A DNA stretch of 61,953 nt, filler included. It is 9 parts of 9 records of this genome, joined end to end, with 100 filler letters (N's around TTAATTAATTAA, not from the genome) between each part and the next. Parts side by side here need not be neighbours in the genome. Positions count along the whole stretch, not along the records: positions 46,276 to 51,819 come from SRR11831585_398; positions 51,920 to 54,574 come from SRR11831585_400; positions 54,675 to 56,919 come from SRR11831585_406; positions 57,020 to 59,360 come from SRR11831585_411; 5 more parts are not named here. One strand, 5' to 3'. The first letter of the stretch is position 1. Every line of letters starts with the position of its first letter. Both the position numbers and the translations under genes were made by a program. Below, piece by piece: positions 46,316 to 57,967 of this stretch. Below the pieces are notes generated by a model. The model was given only the letters and a program-made list of their open reading frames with translations. It was not told where the DNA came from and made no database searches.

Positions 46316-49300
46316 ATTGAGGAAGCGGGACTGAAGAAGAACGACCCCAAGTTCGTGTCCACCGCAATTCTGCAGTATCTGCAACAACGCAAAGGGTTTG
46401 TCGTGGAGAAGAAGTACAAGACCCTGCTGCGCTGGGCGCGTTTCTGTACGTTTGGGCCGCTGTGGTGTCCGTGTTGGTGTACATTTCTTCGGGGATGCAT
46501 CTCGTCCGTGTGGTCCGTCCGTGGGCCCTTTGTGCGATTAGTTTGAATGTGTGATGCGTCCCGCTATCCCATCGTATATGTCAGTCTGTGCATTGTCTTA
46601 CTGAGGGGCCGCGGTGTAGGCACGCGTACCGATATCATGGAGCGCGTGAGGCCTGTGATGCGAGAGCGCTTGGAGACTCTCGATGCGGAGTTTGCAGATA
46701 TTGCAGAGCGGATTCAACGGATACAACGATGGGTATGCTCGTAATATATGTGTGCCTGTTATGTCTGCGTGTGTATACCAAGTGTATATTTGTGTATTCA
46801 TGTGTGCTTGTGTGTGTCCGTATGCGTGTGTGTTTCTTATGGTGGTGTTGCACACAGCGGGATGATGTGGAACAGAGGACTCTCGCGGCCGCACGCAAAG
46901 GGGAAACTCTGGAGGAGCAGCCACCATCGGAGGGTACGCATGCTTGCTGCTGTTGTTGTGAGTGTGCGGTGTCCTGGACTTTAATTCGTGTTCCCGAAGG
47001 CGTGTGTGTGCTGATAGAGCTGCGTATTGGCCGTAACGGACTATGCACTCTGGCCCATACTTATGACTATATACATTTCCCGCGGGCATTCTCCGTGTGC
47101 ATATATCCATGTGTATCTATCTCTATGTTTCTGTGCTGCGCTGTTGCCTGTTCTGTATTCGTCCCCTGATATATCTGAGTGTGTAGTCCCCGGTCTTGAT
47201 CCCACCGATGTGCGCTATTATCTGAGGCCCCTCATGCATTCGTTTGAGGCCGGCAGCCGTCTACGGTTCTTCTTCAAGAAGCTGCAGGTATTCCGCTGTC
47301 TGTGTACCTTACAGTCTGTGTCCCTTGCAACGTCGGTGGTCTCCCGTGCTTCGATCTTGCGAGTCTTTCTGTGCCGGTGCAGTGCATGTTGTCTCAGCTC
47401 TCTGTTCCCCCCTTTGCGCATCCACCACAGTGGTTTCGAGTTTGCTCAGTAACCTGTCTGCGCTCTCTTTCTGTGTGGGTGTGCCTGTGTGCGTGTGTGC
47501 GTGTGTGCGTTTGTGTGACCTTGTTTTGCAGTGGCTGCCGTACACCAACCGGTTTGATTTGTACCGACGGAGCCTCGAGCTGATGAAGCAGACCATGCAC
47601 GATGACACCAACTCCAAACTATCGTACGTCACGCGGTTCACGGAGGAGTGCGCGTGTGTGCATTACGCGGTTGCGCGCGTGCTTGTGTTTGTGTGTCTGC
47701 ACCCAGCGTATCATATCGTACAGAGAGGATAGAAAGCACATCAAGATTGCTTTTTTGAGCGTCCCTTACGTCCGCGGTAGTCAGTTATTGTCTTCTCTGT
47801 ATACGAGTCCGTTTCTCGGTGTGGCTCTGTCCCTCTCACACGGATTGTGTTGTGTGCAGGTTGCCTGTGCTGCAGCCCGAGAGTAGCCCCCTCTTTCGTG
47901 CGGTTGTGACGTCGCTCTGTGAGATATTCCGCGTATCCCGCCCCGTCACTGCCAAACACATGCTTCGGTGCGTTTCTTGTGCCGCGTTCTGTTCGGGCTT
48001 GTGTGCTGCTGCGCTTGTGTATCCAATGTTGCAGTTCGTGGTCTGATTACACATTTGTTTTGTCGGACGAACAGATCGGAGGTGGCCGACGCGGTTGCCC
48101 AGCATGTCTCTGCGGTGTCTGCCGCTATTGCAAGTGAAAAGCGTCTGGGCACGAATGCATCCGGCGTCGCGTCCACAGCGGCACACTACGCGGCACACTC
48201 GGTTGCACTGCCCCTGCCGGACAAGGGCGACGACGACGACGGCCTCACGCTGTTCGCGGCGGTCAGCAAGTATGCTGTTGTTGTTGTTGTTGCTGGTGGT
48301 GGTGGTATTGTTGTTGTCATTGTCGTTGTCATTGTTGCTGTTGTTGTTGTGTTGTTGTTTCATTGTTTGTGTTTCTTGTGGTTGTTGTTACTGTGTGTAT
48401 GTATATGTATGTGTGCATGTGTGTTTAACTAGGGACGCATGTCCTCGTGCGCCTTAGCTTGTGCTGTCCCATGTGTACTGACCCGCATTTCCGGATATAG
48501 AATATTCGGGTTCACGTTCGATAACCAAGCGGCACAGAAGCTTCTGCCCGGGTACGACTGCTCTATTGTGTTTGCCCCCTCCACAGAGACCAGCCGGCGT
48601 GAGTCCAAGACCGTGGAGGTCACGCCCGAGACCACGCACGTCAAGCCCGCGACATGGCTTCCATATGTGGGGTACGGTGCTTTCTCCGCTTGAATGTCTT
48701 TGCTGTATGAATGCGTGTTTGCGTGTGTCTTTGTGTAGTCCTTTGCTTGTGATGCAGTTTTCAGTCACTATTATGTGTTTGCTCACGTGGTGGGTGTGTC
48801 GTGTGTGCAGTGATGTCGAGGTCCCTGATTGGCAGGCGGAGCAGCAGCGCAAACTGCGCACTGTGGCGGTCAGCGATAACGAACTGCGCATCGAGATGGA
48901 CTTTGTCGACAACGACGATGCCAGTATGTGTGTGTGCCAGTCTGAAACCGTCTTGGTGTGAGTTTGCGGTATCGTAGTAGTATTGTTTTCTCTGACCGCC
49001 AACCTCTCACTGCGATGACACGTACCGCATCGCCTCTGTTTTGCTAACATGATGCCTGCCTGTCATTTGCGTGCAGTCTTTGTGACCAAGCGTTTGCGCG
49101 AGCAGGCTATGCTGCATGAAGAAATTGTCAGCGATGTCGAATGTACGTTGCCATGTTTCTGGGGGTTCGGGTGGGGGGTGGGGGGTGGGGTGGGGGTGGG
49201 CAGATTGTGCTTCTTTTTGCTTTTATGTACGAACATGTGGTCAGTCGAGTGTTGTACCCCTACTGCTGTTCTCTCAAATCGTCTGTTGTCTGTCTCCTTG

Positions 49301-51702
49301 CAGATAACCAGCCCTCTACGGCGGTGGAGCGACGTGCCAGCGAGAAGCAGAAACGCGGGAAGGCCGGTGCTCTCAGCGCCAAGGTACCGTTGTAATTTTC
49401 ATCTTCATCCTTTCGGGTTAGTTCGTTGCGTTCTGTCAAGCTCGTGCATGCACGTTGTCCACACTATATATACCTTCTGTCACTCACAGCCTCCGTGCTC
49501 TGTGTGCGCTGCTCCTTGTTGCAGGTTGACTCGAAAACGGTCGCGAAGGAACGTGCGGAGAAGCCCTTCTCCCGCCGTGTTCTCGCTGCTTATTATATGC
49601 GCCACATGCGTCTGCGGGACCTTAAGCACAAGCTGTTGTGTATTCTGAACTATCAGCGCTCGGTGCAGCGTCGTCTCGCCATCGATGTATGCGGGCTGGG
49701 TCGTTGTCTGTCTCTGAGTGGTCTGTGTTGCATTGATCGTGCTGTGTCTCTGCATTGTGTTCGTGTTGCGGGAAATTATCTCGAATACTTTCAGTCGCTG
49801 TTGCTATCTGCGCGGATTTCTCGTGCTCTCCCCTTCAAGATATGACTGTTTTCGGTGGTAACTCTGTTGTACGGTTAGGGCATTGGATATGCGTTGCCGG
49901 GCGAGGACCGCGAGCAAGTGCTGGCTGCGCAGTCACAACGTCCTATTCAGAGGTATTTTTGTGACTCGTTGGGGACTGTGTTGTGTTGTATGGGCGTTGC
50001 TATGCTGGAATCTGTTGCTTCCCTTTAATGTATTGTGCATATCACTGAACCATATTGTTTTCCATAGCGTGCCGTCCGAACATATTGCACTAGCGGATCC
50101 TTCCCTATACAAAGCCAGCGCGGACGTGCTGATGGGTTATAGCGGTATCAAGACGCGCGACGATTCCTATGAGTTTTCTGACAGCGGGATTCGTGTGAAG
50201 GACTCATTTGGGGTCTACGTTGTGTATGATATCCTTTGAATGATTATGTGTTCGCGTATATATACATATGTGTGTGCGTCCGTGTGTCTATGTGGGTGTT
50301 CTGTTTCTTGCCGCCCTATCGTGCTGGCCGCTGCTGTGTGTGGACTTGTGCATCGCTTTTAGCTACGTTTTCTTTGTGTTCCTTCACTTTCTTGCACAAG
50401 CGGCGCTTTCCGACCTTCACGCAATCGAAGATGAGGTGGTTCGTATGGGAACGCTCTTTGTGGACCGGCATGAGAGCTCGGATGCAGCCACAGGGTCCCC
50501 CGACCGCGTCACCATTCTGTTGGACGCGTTGGAGAGCGAGGTGCTGTTTAACGAGGCCAAACGAAAGGTGTGTGTTTTCGTGTTTTTGTGTGTTTGTGTG
50601 CGTGTGTATATCTGCGGTCGCGCGTGTTCCTCGGTGATGTGCGCCGATATTCTGTGCAAGTGGATCGAATGCACGCCTATTTGTGCCTCTCTTCGCTCAT
50701 GCACGACACTGCGTTTGCTGTTTGTGTAGGTCATCGACTGCTACATGGAGGCTTATGACCACACGTGCGATGCCAGTATGCTCTCGCGCTTGAGGGCTGA
50801 GATCAACAAGCTCATCGTGCTGCGACCGCGTATTGACCTGGAGGTATGTGTTTCGTCTGTGTTGTTTGTTCGCATTTGGGAATCGTTTTGTGTGTTGTGT
50901 ACCGTCATGTCGATCCCTGTGTGTCAATATATGTATACAAATGTGTCTGCGCGTAAGTTTGTGTTCACACCTAGGTGTGTGTGTGTGTGCAGGGTCCGTA
51001 CTTTATGCCGTCGTACGCCTCGGAGATCGTCTCTATGGGACTGCACTACAACTTGGTGCGCGACGTCGCAACACAGTGCATTGAGGAGGAAATGAAGCTG
51101 TCTGAGCACGTACACGCACAGATCGCCGTGGCACCGCTGCCCCCGCCTGCGTTCGGCTTCAACGAGCCCCCATGTACGTCGTGTTTCAGCCTTCCGTGCA
51201 TGTGTGTTTATGTGTGAACATGTGTGTTTATATATGTGTGTCCTCCTTGTTCTCACACTTCCTTTCTGCAGCCCCGGTGCATCTCGTGATTATGACCAAC
51301 GGCGGCCCCTCTGTGGGCGTGCTGGACTTTGCCCCGTCCCTCGGCCTCATGTGTGAGATCCCGCGCTTTCTGTGCGAGGCCACCGATGAACTGCGTCGTC
51401 TGCATGGTGTGCAAAGTGGCCTGGCCGCAACGTTGCTGCAGCGCGCCGTGTTCCAGCAGGCGCTCGTCGAATGGCGTGTGGCCCGAGAAGAGTCAAAAAT
51501 GTCCTCTCGCCTGCAGCTGCAGTTCTCGCCGGGGGGCAGTGCGCTCATGCAGTGGCTCACCGCGCCGCTCGTCTCCAATATGGTGGCGCTGGACGGTGTT
51601 GTCAGTGAGTTCTCTCCTCTTGAGAGGGCCGCGGTGGCCGACAGTCTGCGCGGTGTGGTGCCTGCGGGCGGTGCTCCGGCCCCTGCGAAGGGCGCACCAT
51701 CG
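46316..51702 (+). CDS. CCDC162/DUF4549-like large helical protein, internal fragment (about 18 exons)
   Basis: KYKTLLRWARFC, YYMRHMRLRDLKHKLLCILNYQRSVQRRLAID, IRVKDSFGVYVVYEAALSDL, DRVTILLD..E..F..AKRKVIDCYMEAYDH and RPRIDL resemble CCDC162-family blocks as I recall them. Phase-consistent splicing including one AT-AC intron. Confidence 0.65.
50229..50397 (+). other. U12-type AT-AC intron, 169 nt, phase 1
   Basis: 5' ATATCCTTTG, branch-like TTCCTTCAC (50379-50387), AC at 50396-50397. Splicing gives VVY-E-AALSDL; read-through hits TGA two codons after the donor codon. Confidence 0.88.
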
Positions 51703-51819
51703 GTATGTGTGCCTCTGTGGTTTGTGTGTTGTACTGTTTGCTGTTTTCTGTAACTTCTTCAACACTGTACCGGAAGCGCGTCCCGTCGTTTCGTGTACAT
51801 TGTGCGGGATGCCTGTTCT

Positions 51820-51919
51820 NNNNNNNNNNNNNNNNNNNNNNNNNNNNNNNNNNNNNNNNNNNNTTAATTAATTAANNNNNNNNNNNNNNNNNNNNNNNNN
51901 NNNNNNNNNNNNNNNNNNN
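51820..51919. other. Artificial spacer
   Basis: N44-TTAATTAATTAA-N44. Confidence 0.98.
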
Positions 51920-52140
51920 AGAGAGAGAGTGTGTGTGTGTGTTTGTGTGTCAGTGTGTCTGTGGAGTGCGATGGCATGCATGCGTGTGGTTGCGTAGGTG
52001 TTGTTACTGTCATTGCATCTTTTCTATACGCTCGTCACCCCAGCTTGATTTCCCCCCGTCTCAGTGTAGTTTCCTTTGCTATTCACAACCTGCTGATTGA
52101 TGTTTGTCTGTGTCGCTCCTCGTGTTTGTCTCCTTGTTAG

Positions 52141-53514
52141 ATTGTGTGCGGCGGTGAGACTGATGTAGGCTCTCGATACGTCGCCCCGACTGTTATCACC
52201 GATGTACCCCACGACGGGCGCTTGATGCGCGATGAGACGTTTGGGCCGATCTTGTACGTTGCGTGTGTGCGCGTTCGTGATGGCTGCGGAAGGGTAGTGC
52301 GTGGGTGTTATGTCTCGCGCTCGGAGTCAGTGGTTCGTACAATTGGGAACTCATGAGCGGCAGTGTAACCTCTCATCGAGTTAGCTGTGCTGTTATGTGA
52401 TGTTCACTTCCTCGGAACTCCACTTGTTTGCAACAGTGTGTTGATGTAAATCAGTCGACTTCGCATCGTACGCGTTATATATATAGTGTGGGCCGCGCAT
52501 TCATTTTGCGAACTCTGCATGTCTCTCGTTCACTTGTGACTCCTTGTGTGTCTGTATGTGTTTCGGTGGTGTGTGCAGGTTGGTGATCACGGTTGACAGC
52601 ATACACGACGCGATTCGATTTATCAACGCTCGTCCTCGCCCTCTGGCTGCGTATGTGTTCACAGGGAACAAGCGCACACGAGAAATGGTATGTGTGCCGT
52701 TGTGCAGCGTATGCAAGTGATTGAGGAACTTGTTTTTACGTACGAATCCGCATTGATGACATAATATGCGATGCTCCATTATTGTGCAGGACTGTTAACT
52801 GTTTTTGAACAGGTTGTGAACAGCACATACAGCGGCGCAGTGGGTGTGAATGAAGTTGCGTTCCACGTGATTGCTCCGACTATTCCCTTTGGCGGCGTGG
52901 GGAACAGTGGTACGAGCTGCGATAAACGATAGATGAACAGGCATCCTGCGTCACTGCGGTTCCTGCATGGTGTGGGCTTGATGATGACGGTGTGGTGTGC
53001 GATTGTGAGGTGGGGTTCTGTGCATCAGCGCTGGGCATGCGCGTGCGTGTGTAACGTATCGCCATGGTTGCAGGGATGGGCCGTTATCATGGTAAGTACG
53101 GCTTCGACACCTTCACGCATGAGAAGGCGGTGCTGGTCAAACCAACGTTTCTGGACCTGCCCGTGGGTGTATGTCAGAGGGTGTTTGGGGTGTCTTACGT
53201 TCGAATGTGGTTGTGAATACGGACGTGTTTGTGTGCTTGTGTGGCGGTGTGGTCGTACCTGCATTCTCATTGCGTCGAACATACACACTGCACACTATCC
53301 CAGGATACGTAGTTTAGGTATCACTCACATTATTCCCGTCTTTCTGTCCTCCTTCTTTGAATAGTATCCGCCGTACGACTCGTGGAAACTGAAGGCTTTG
53401 CGTCTGGTCAGTGCAGTCACGCGCAAACACCTGCGCTGGTCTGCTGTGGGTGCGGTGGCGCTCACAGCTGCGTTCTGGATCCTGCGTATGCGTGGGCACA
53501 GATCGCGCATGTAA
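52141..53514 (+). CDS. Family 3 (fatty) aldehyde dehydrogenase, C-terminal part with hydrophobic tail (5' truncated)
   Basis: [65 protein letters not shown]; TAA 53512-53514. Confidence 0.9.
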
Positions 53515-54574
53515 ACGAAGCAGTTGAGTACATATCTGTTTTTGTGTCTGTGTGTGTGCGTGTGCGTGTGTCGTTCACCTGTGTAGCGTTTCTATACGTC
53601 TTCGGCGATGCGTGTATATATGTGGTGTGGTGGTCACATGTAGATGATGATAACTCGTATGTAAGTGTTTATGTTCACGGATTCTTTCGTGGGTGTGTGG
53701 TGTTGCGCATTTATTAGCCGTCTGTACCAGCTCGTGCATGCATACGTGCGGGGACTCCAGCAGAATGCGAGATGTAAAGTGAGTGTAATCGAGGATTTGT
53801 CTTTGGTGAATACATACGCGTCGTCGAGTGATTTGTCGTTTCTGTTTTCGATGCGCGCTCGGACTACATACGCTATCATTTCACGCGCACCGTGTGTGCA
53901 CACAGACAACATGGTTCCGACTCGCACAGACAGACGAACGGAGCTCACTGTCCAGCGCTTACTGACTGTATTCAAATCTAGACAATATCTGTACAACAAT
54001 TTCGTATCGTCTAGACGCACCCCGACAACTCCCGATTCCGTAGGAATTCACACCACAAAAAAAAACCCACAGTGACCCAAGAGTACGCTAGCTCTCGGCA
54101 GCACCAGCTCAGCAAGAAGATTGCTTCTCAAGTCATCAACAACAAAACAACAGCTCCAACGAATTTTAGCCCGCCAGAAGAAATAACAAAGAAACAGTTA
54201 CGAACTAGTACATACAGCGTTCGTATCACAGAAAGACTGATGGGCGTATCACATCGATACTCACAGGTACATAAGAAACAGTGGGCGGTACACGCAACCA
54301 CACACGTTCACCACTGGACCGCACAGTGCGGGGTATGCCTGCAAATAATAAATAGACTAGTTATGAAAATATTACTCTATGTACAGCACGATCGTCGGAC
54401 CACAGCTCCAGACGAGGAACGTGAACTCATGAGTGACACTCCGATACACGTAAACGTGAGCTCATGGGTGACAGTACGATACACGTAAACACACAAGATC
54501 ACACTTATAACGTTGAGTCATCCACCTTCACAAAATGCGCAGTGTCCAGATGCTCGATACAGCAGTCCACCAGC

Positions 54575-54674
54575 NNNNNNNNNNNNNNNNNNNNNNNNNN
54601 NNNNNNNNNNNNNNNNNNTTAATTAATTAANNNNNNNNNNNNNNNNNNNNNNNNNNNNNNNNNNNNNNNNNNNN
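54575..54674. other. Artificial spacer
   Basis: N44-TTAATTAATTAA-N44. Confidence 0.98.
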
Positions 54675-54697
54675 CACACACACACACACACACACAC

Positions 54698-55597
54698 CTG
54701 ATACGCGCGAATATGATCACGGGGCTTGCCATCCGCCGGCTTGGGGGTCTCCGCGTGGTACATCAAGAACGCACCGTGCGCCTTCAACAGCGGGAGACAC
54801 GTTTCAAGATCCTCCATCGTAACGTTGGGGAACTCATCCACACCGCTGTGGCACATGAAACACTTGAACCCGCGCACGCCAGCCTGCACCAGCGCCGGGA
54901 TGTGGTGCTCGCTGCCTGGGATTACGCCGCCAAGGAAACCAACGTCGACGTGGAGCTTGCCCTCGGTGGAGGCGAGTTTTGCTTGGAGATTCTGTGTGCG
55001 TGCGGGTGAACACACATATGAGAGGGGAGCAAAGAAAAGGAGAGAACAAGAACCGGACAGTAGTGTACAGAGAGTGACATCATTGTGAAGTACAGATACA
55101 GGATGCGAATGCAGACATATATTCAAAACGAGAGAAAGTACGGAGCCAGAGATGCACCATACCTCCAATGTTGTGGTAGGCGGGTTGCTGTTGAGCGGCA
55201 TATCGCAAATGGTAGTAACACCACCGCTGGCAGCAGCTCGGGTTGCCGTCCAGTAACCTTCCCACTCCGTCCGTCCAGGCTCATTGACGTGCACATGAGT
55301 GTCGACAACACCAGGCAGAACGAGATAATCACCTTCACATGTATCGTAAGAAAGAATGCACATCATCAATAGGATAGGAGCACGCACCAGCTGAAACAAC
55401 GCGAACACCGGTGGGTACATCATTCACGTCACGAATTGCAACGATTTTGCCATTCCTGCATGTGATAGTTGCACATTAGAGTATGAAACGCAAAGAAACA
55501 GTGCAGCGAAGACATACGAAACATGAACTGAGGCGGGGATGATCGACACGTTGTCCACGAGGACGCGCTTGCCCACAACGACCAAATCCACACTCAT
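54698..55597 (-). CDS. Allantoinase, N-terminal part (4 exons, 3' truncated)
   Basis: [58 protein letters not shown]. Confidence 0.92.
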
Positions 55598-55927
55598 CGC
55601 CCACGCTTCGATGCCAAACACACACTCGCGACAGGCAAGACAGAAAAGTGAAGTGTGGTCGCACGGAACTCCCGTTTCTGGTGTGCGTCATTTTCGGTGG
55701 TACGCCGCTATCGAATGTTCGAAAATGTCTTGTGGGATGTCATCGCTGAACAGACAGCACACAGACAGCACACACACAGCACACACAAAGTGACCCCCTT
55801 TCACGAGGCGATCTCACAGGCTGAGTGACGAAACCGCACCCCGACCGCGGCGCTGCTCTGCGTGTTTCATTCCTCATTCCATACGCTGTGAGCAAGGTGA
55901 ATCCAGAGCGGAAAAGGGTGGGTAGAG

Positions 55928-56841
55928 ATGGCCATGAGCGATTCAGAGCATTCCGAGGACGCTGGACCGAGCACGAACGGTGTCAATGACGTAGATGTTG
56001 ATTTGGATCAGCCGAACCTTCGCATGTCCCCCGGAGCGCAGGAAGGTCGCAAGAACGCTGTTGACTCCAAGTCCGCCGCGCAGATGGCCGCATCGTATGC
56101 GAAGAAACCCGGGGTGCCGCGGAAGGCCAGTGGAAGGTTGGATTCTGCCGCAGCCCCACAGCTCCCTCCCACCATCATTGTCTCCGATCTCGTGCAATGG
56201 CAAGATCGGTACGTGTTTGCATGTCGCGCAGAAGTTACGCGCTCTGTATGCATCAGTGACCATGCGTGCTTGCTCTGGCCCTTGTGGTCGGTTTGGTCGA
56301 ATGGAGCTGTTTTGCAAGTTTACGATCCAGTGAGGAATCAGATCCTCCTGTCCATACACGTATTTGATTCTCGGCTCACGTTTCACGTTTGTGTTGCAGG
56401 CCGCAAGAACACACATGCCAGTACTGCGGGGACACGATGACGACCGTGGTGATGCACAAACGCGGCATTCTGACCTACGTCTTGATGGGGGGAATCTGCT
56501 TGGCCGGGTATGTGACTTGTTGTTGTGTCGGGTGAGCCTTCTGGGCAGGTCTTCATCGTATATTCACACCTCACACACTTAAGCCCCTATCGTAAATATT
56601 GTATTAGAGTGGCGAGTGTTGTGTACAGATACTAGATTCGGTTTACGGCATGCGTGTAGAAATTTGCATATATATGCCCATATAATAAGAATCTCCACGC
56701 GTTTACTCACGCACGAGCGTATCCGCGTGTAGGGGCTTCCTGGGCTGCTGCTTCCTGCCCCTGTGTGTGGACAAGGCATGCGATGTGCACCACAACTGCA
56801 GCACATGCCGTCGCACAGTGGGGATTAAAACACGCCTCTAA
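55928..56841 (+). CDS. LITAF (zf-LITAF-like) domain protein, 3 exons
   Basis: Spliced product CQYCGDTMTTVV..GILTYVLMGGICLAGGFLGCCFLPLCVDKACDVHHNCSTC: CxxC, hydrophobic segment, HxCxxC. Confidence 0.85.
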
Positions 56842-56919
56842 AAAAACACACAACATACGCACCACGGGGAGTCGCTGCGTTGGTGAAGAGGGCCGTGATA
56901 ACAATTTTATTCCTTTCCA

Positions 56920-57019
56920 NNNNNNNNNNNNNNNNNNNNNNNNNNNNNNNNNNNNNNNNNNNNTTAATTAATTAANNNNNNNNNNNNNNNNNNNNNNNNN
57001 NNNNNNNNNNNNNNNNNNN
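56920..57019. other. Artificial spacer
   Basis: N44-TTAATTAATTAA-N44. Confidence 0.98.
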
Positions 57020-57186
57020 GAAACGAGCGCGTTCGCCAGCGCGACGTCAACCAACAATCACTGATAGAAAACCACGCAGCGACGTGCCGCATGCTACCAA
57101 TTCACGCGCATGCAGCATGCACGCAGGGGCATGGAGCAAGCAACTCCGCGATCAACAGCTACGATATATATAATAAAGGGACATAC

Positions 57187-57737
57187 CGTGCAATGCAAAT
57201 TGTCGCGGACCCATCGTTCTGTCTCGGGCCCGCTGAGCTCTACTGGATTATCAGGCAGACCTGTTAGAGGGTGAGATAGTAGAATAGCAGTTGCACGCAG
57301 TATTTCGCACCTTCTTCACCGTACTGCTTGAGCATAAGGCGGACCTGCTGCAAAGCACGGTCCGATATCCCAAACTCAAACTTCAAGCGCATTACCCGCG
57401 CAACTCGGTCTGCATCCGCGCAGTGCGGCCGTTTGCCCGTAATTGCAGGTTCCGCAGTGGATACAAAAGAATCAAAATCGAAGGATTCCTCCACGGGATG
57501 GGGCTCCGCGTGGTCGCGTTGATGGCGGATCAATTGCTGCCTGTGCGAAAATCTTTGTTCACACCTACATACAAGAAAATTAGGTACACAGCAAGCAAAA
57601 AACGTCAACAACAACACACACCGATCACAACGAAATGGCACAAAGGGAAACCCACTGTGACTGGCTTTAGCATGCGTTGTCAATGATGACAACGTTGAAA
57701 ATCGGACACCACAGCGGTGGCACTCCAAGTCTGCCAT
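57187..57737 (-). CDS. Protein with two C2H2 zinc fingers; 3' part unresolved
   Basis: CHRCGVRFSTLSSLTTHAKASH and spliced CDRCEQRFSHRQQLIRHQRDH. Confidence 0.7.
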
Positions 57738-57800
57738 CAGACACAGCAAATAACGAAGAAGAAGATCACAGCCAAAATTCACTCAGCGAACAACACATCG

Positions 57801-57833
57801 AATTCACCTCTAATCCACCTCTAATCCACCTCT
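57801..57833. repeat. 3 x 11-bp tandem repeat in a divergent intergenic region
   Basis: AATTCACCTCT AATCCACCTCT AATCCACCTCT. Confidence 0.8.
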
Positions 57834-57967
57834 GCTGAGCGAAATAGCCCAGCCGCGACGTAATAGCTCAGTAAATCCGCGAAATCGTGCACGATTTGGA
57901 TGCTCTTTCTGTGCTTGATCGCTTAGTTCAGTTTACGTTCGTGGTTTGAATTACCACTCGAGTATCT

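Noticed and set aside
47101-47112. ATATCC/GTATCC strings here and at ~19842, ~47933 and ~48018 as extra U12 donors
   Set aside because: They lie inside exons or GT-AG introns that already splice in phase and lack the full donor consensus.
48270-48430. Poly-Val/Leu/Asn ORFs that look like TM or low-complexity proteins (also ~13380-13450 and ~61480-61600)
   Set aside because: Translations of (GTT)n/(TG)n intronic microsatellites.
53515-54574. 136-aa and 138-aa ORFs downstream of ALDH
   Set aside because: No motifs or consistent exon structure; likely UTR or intergenic sequence.
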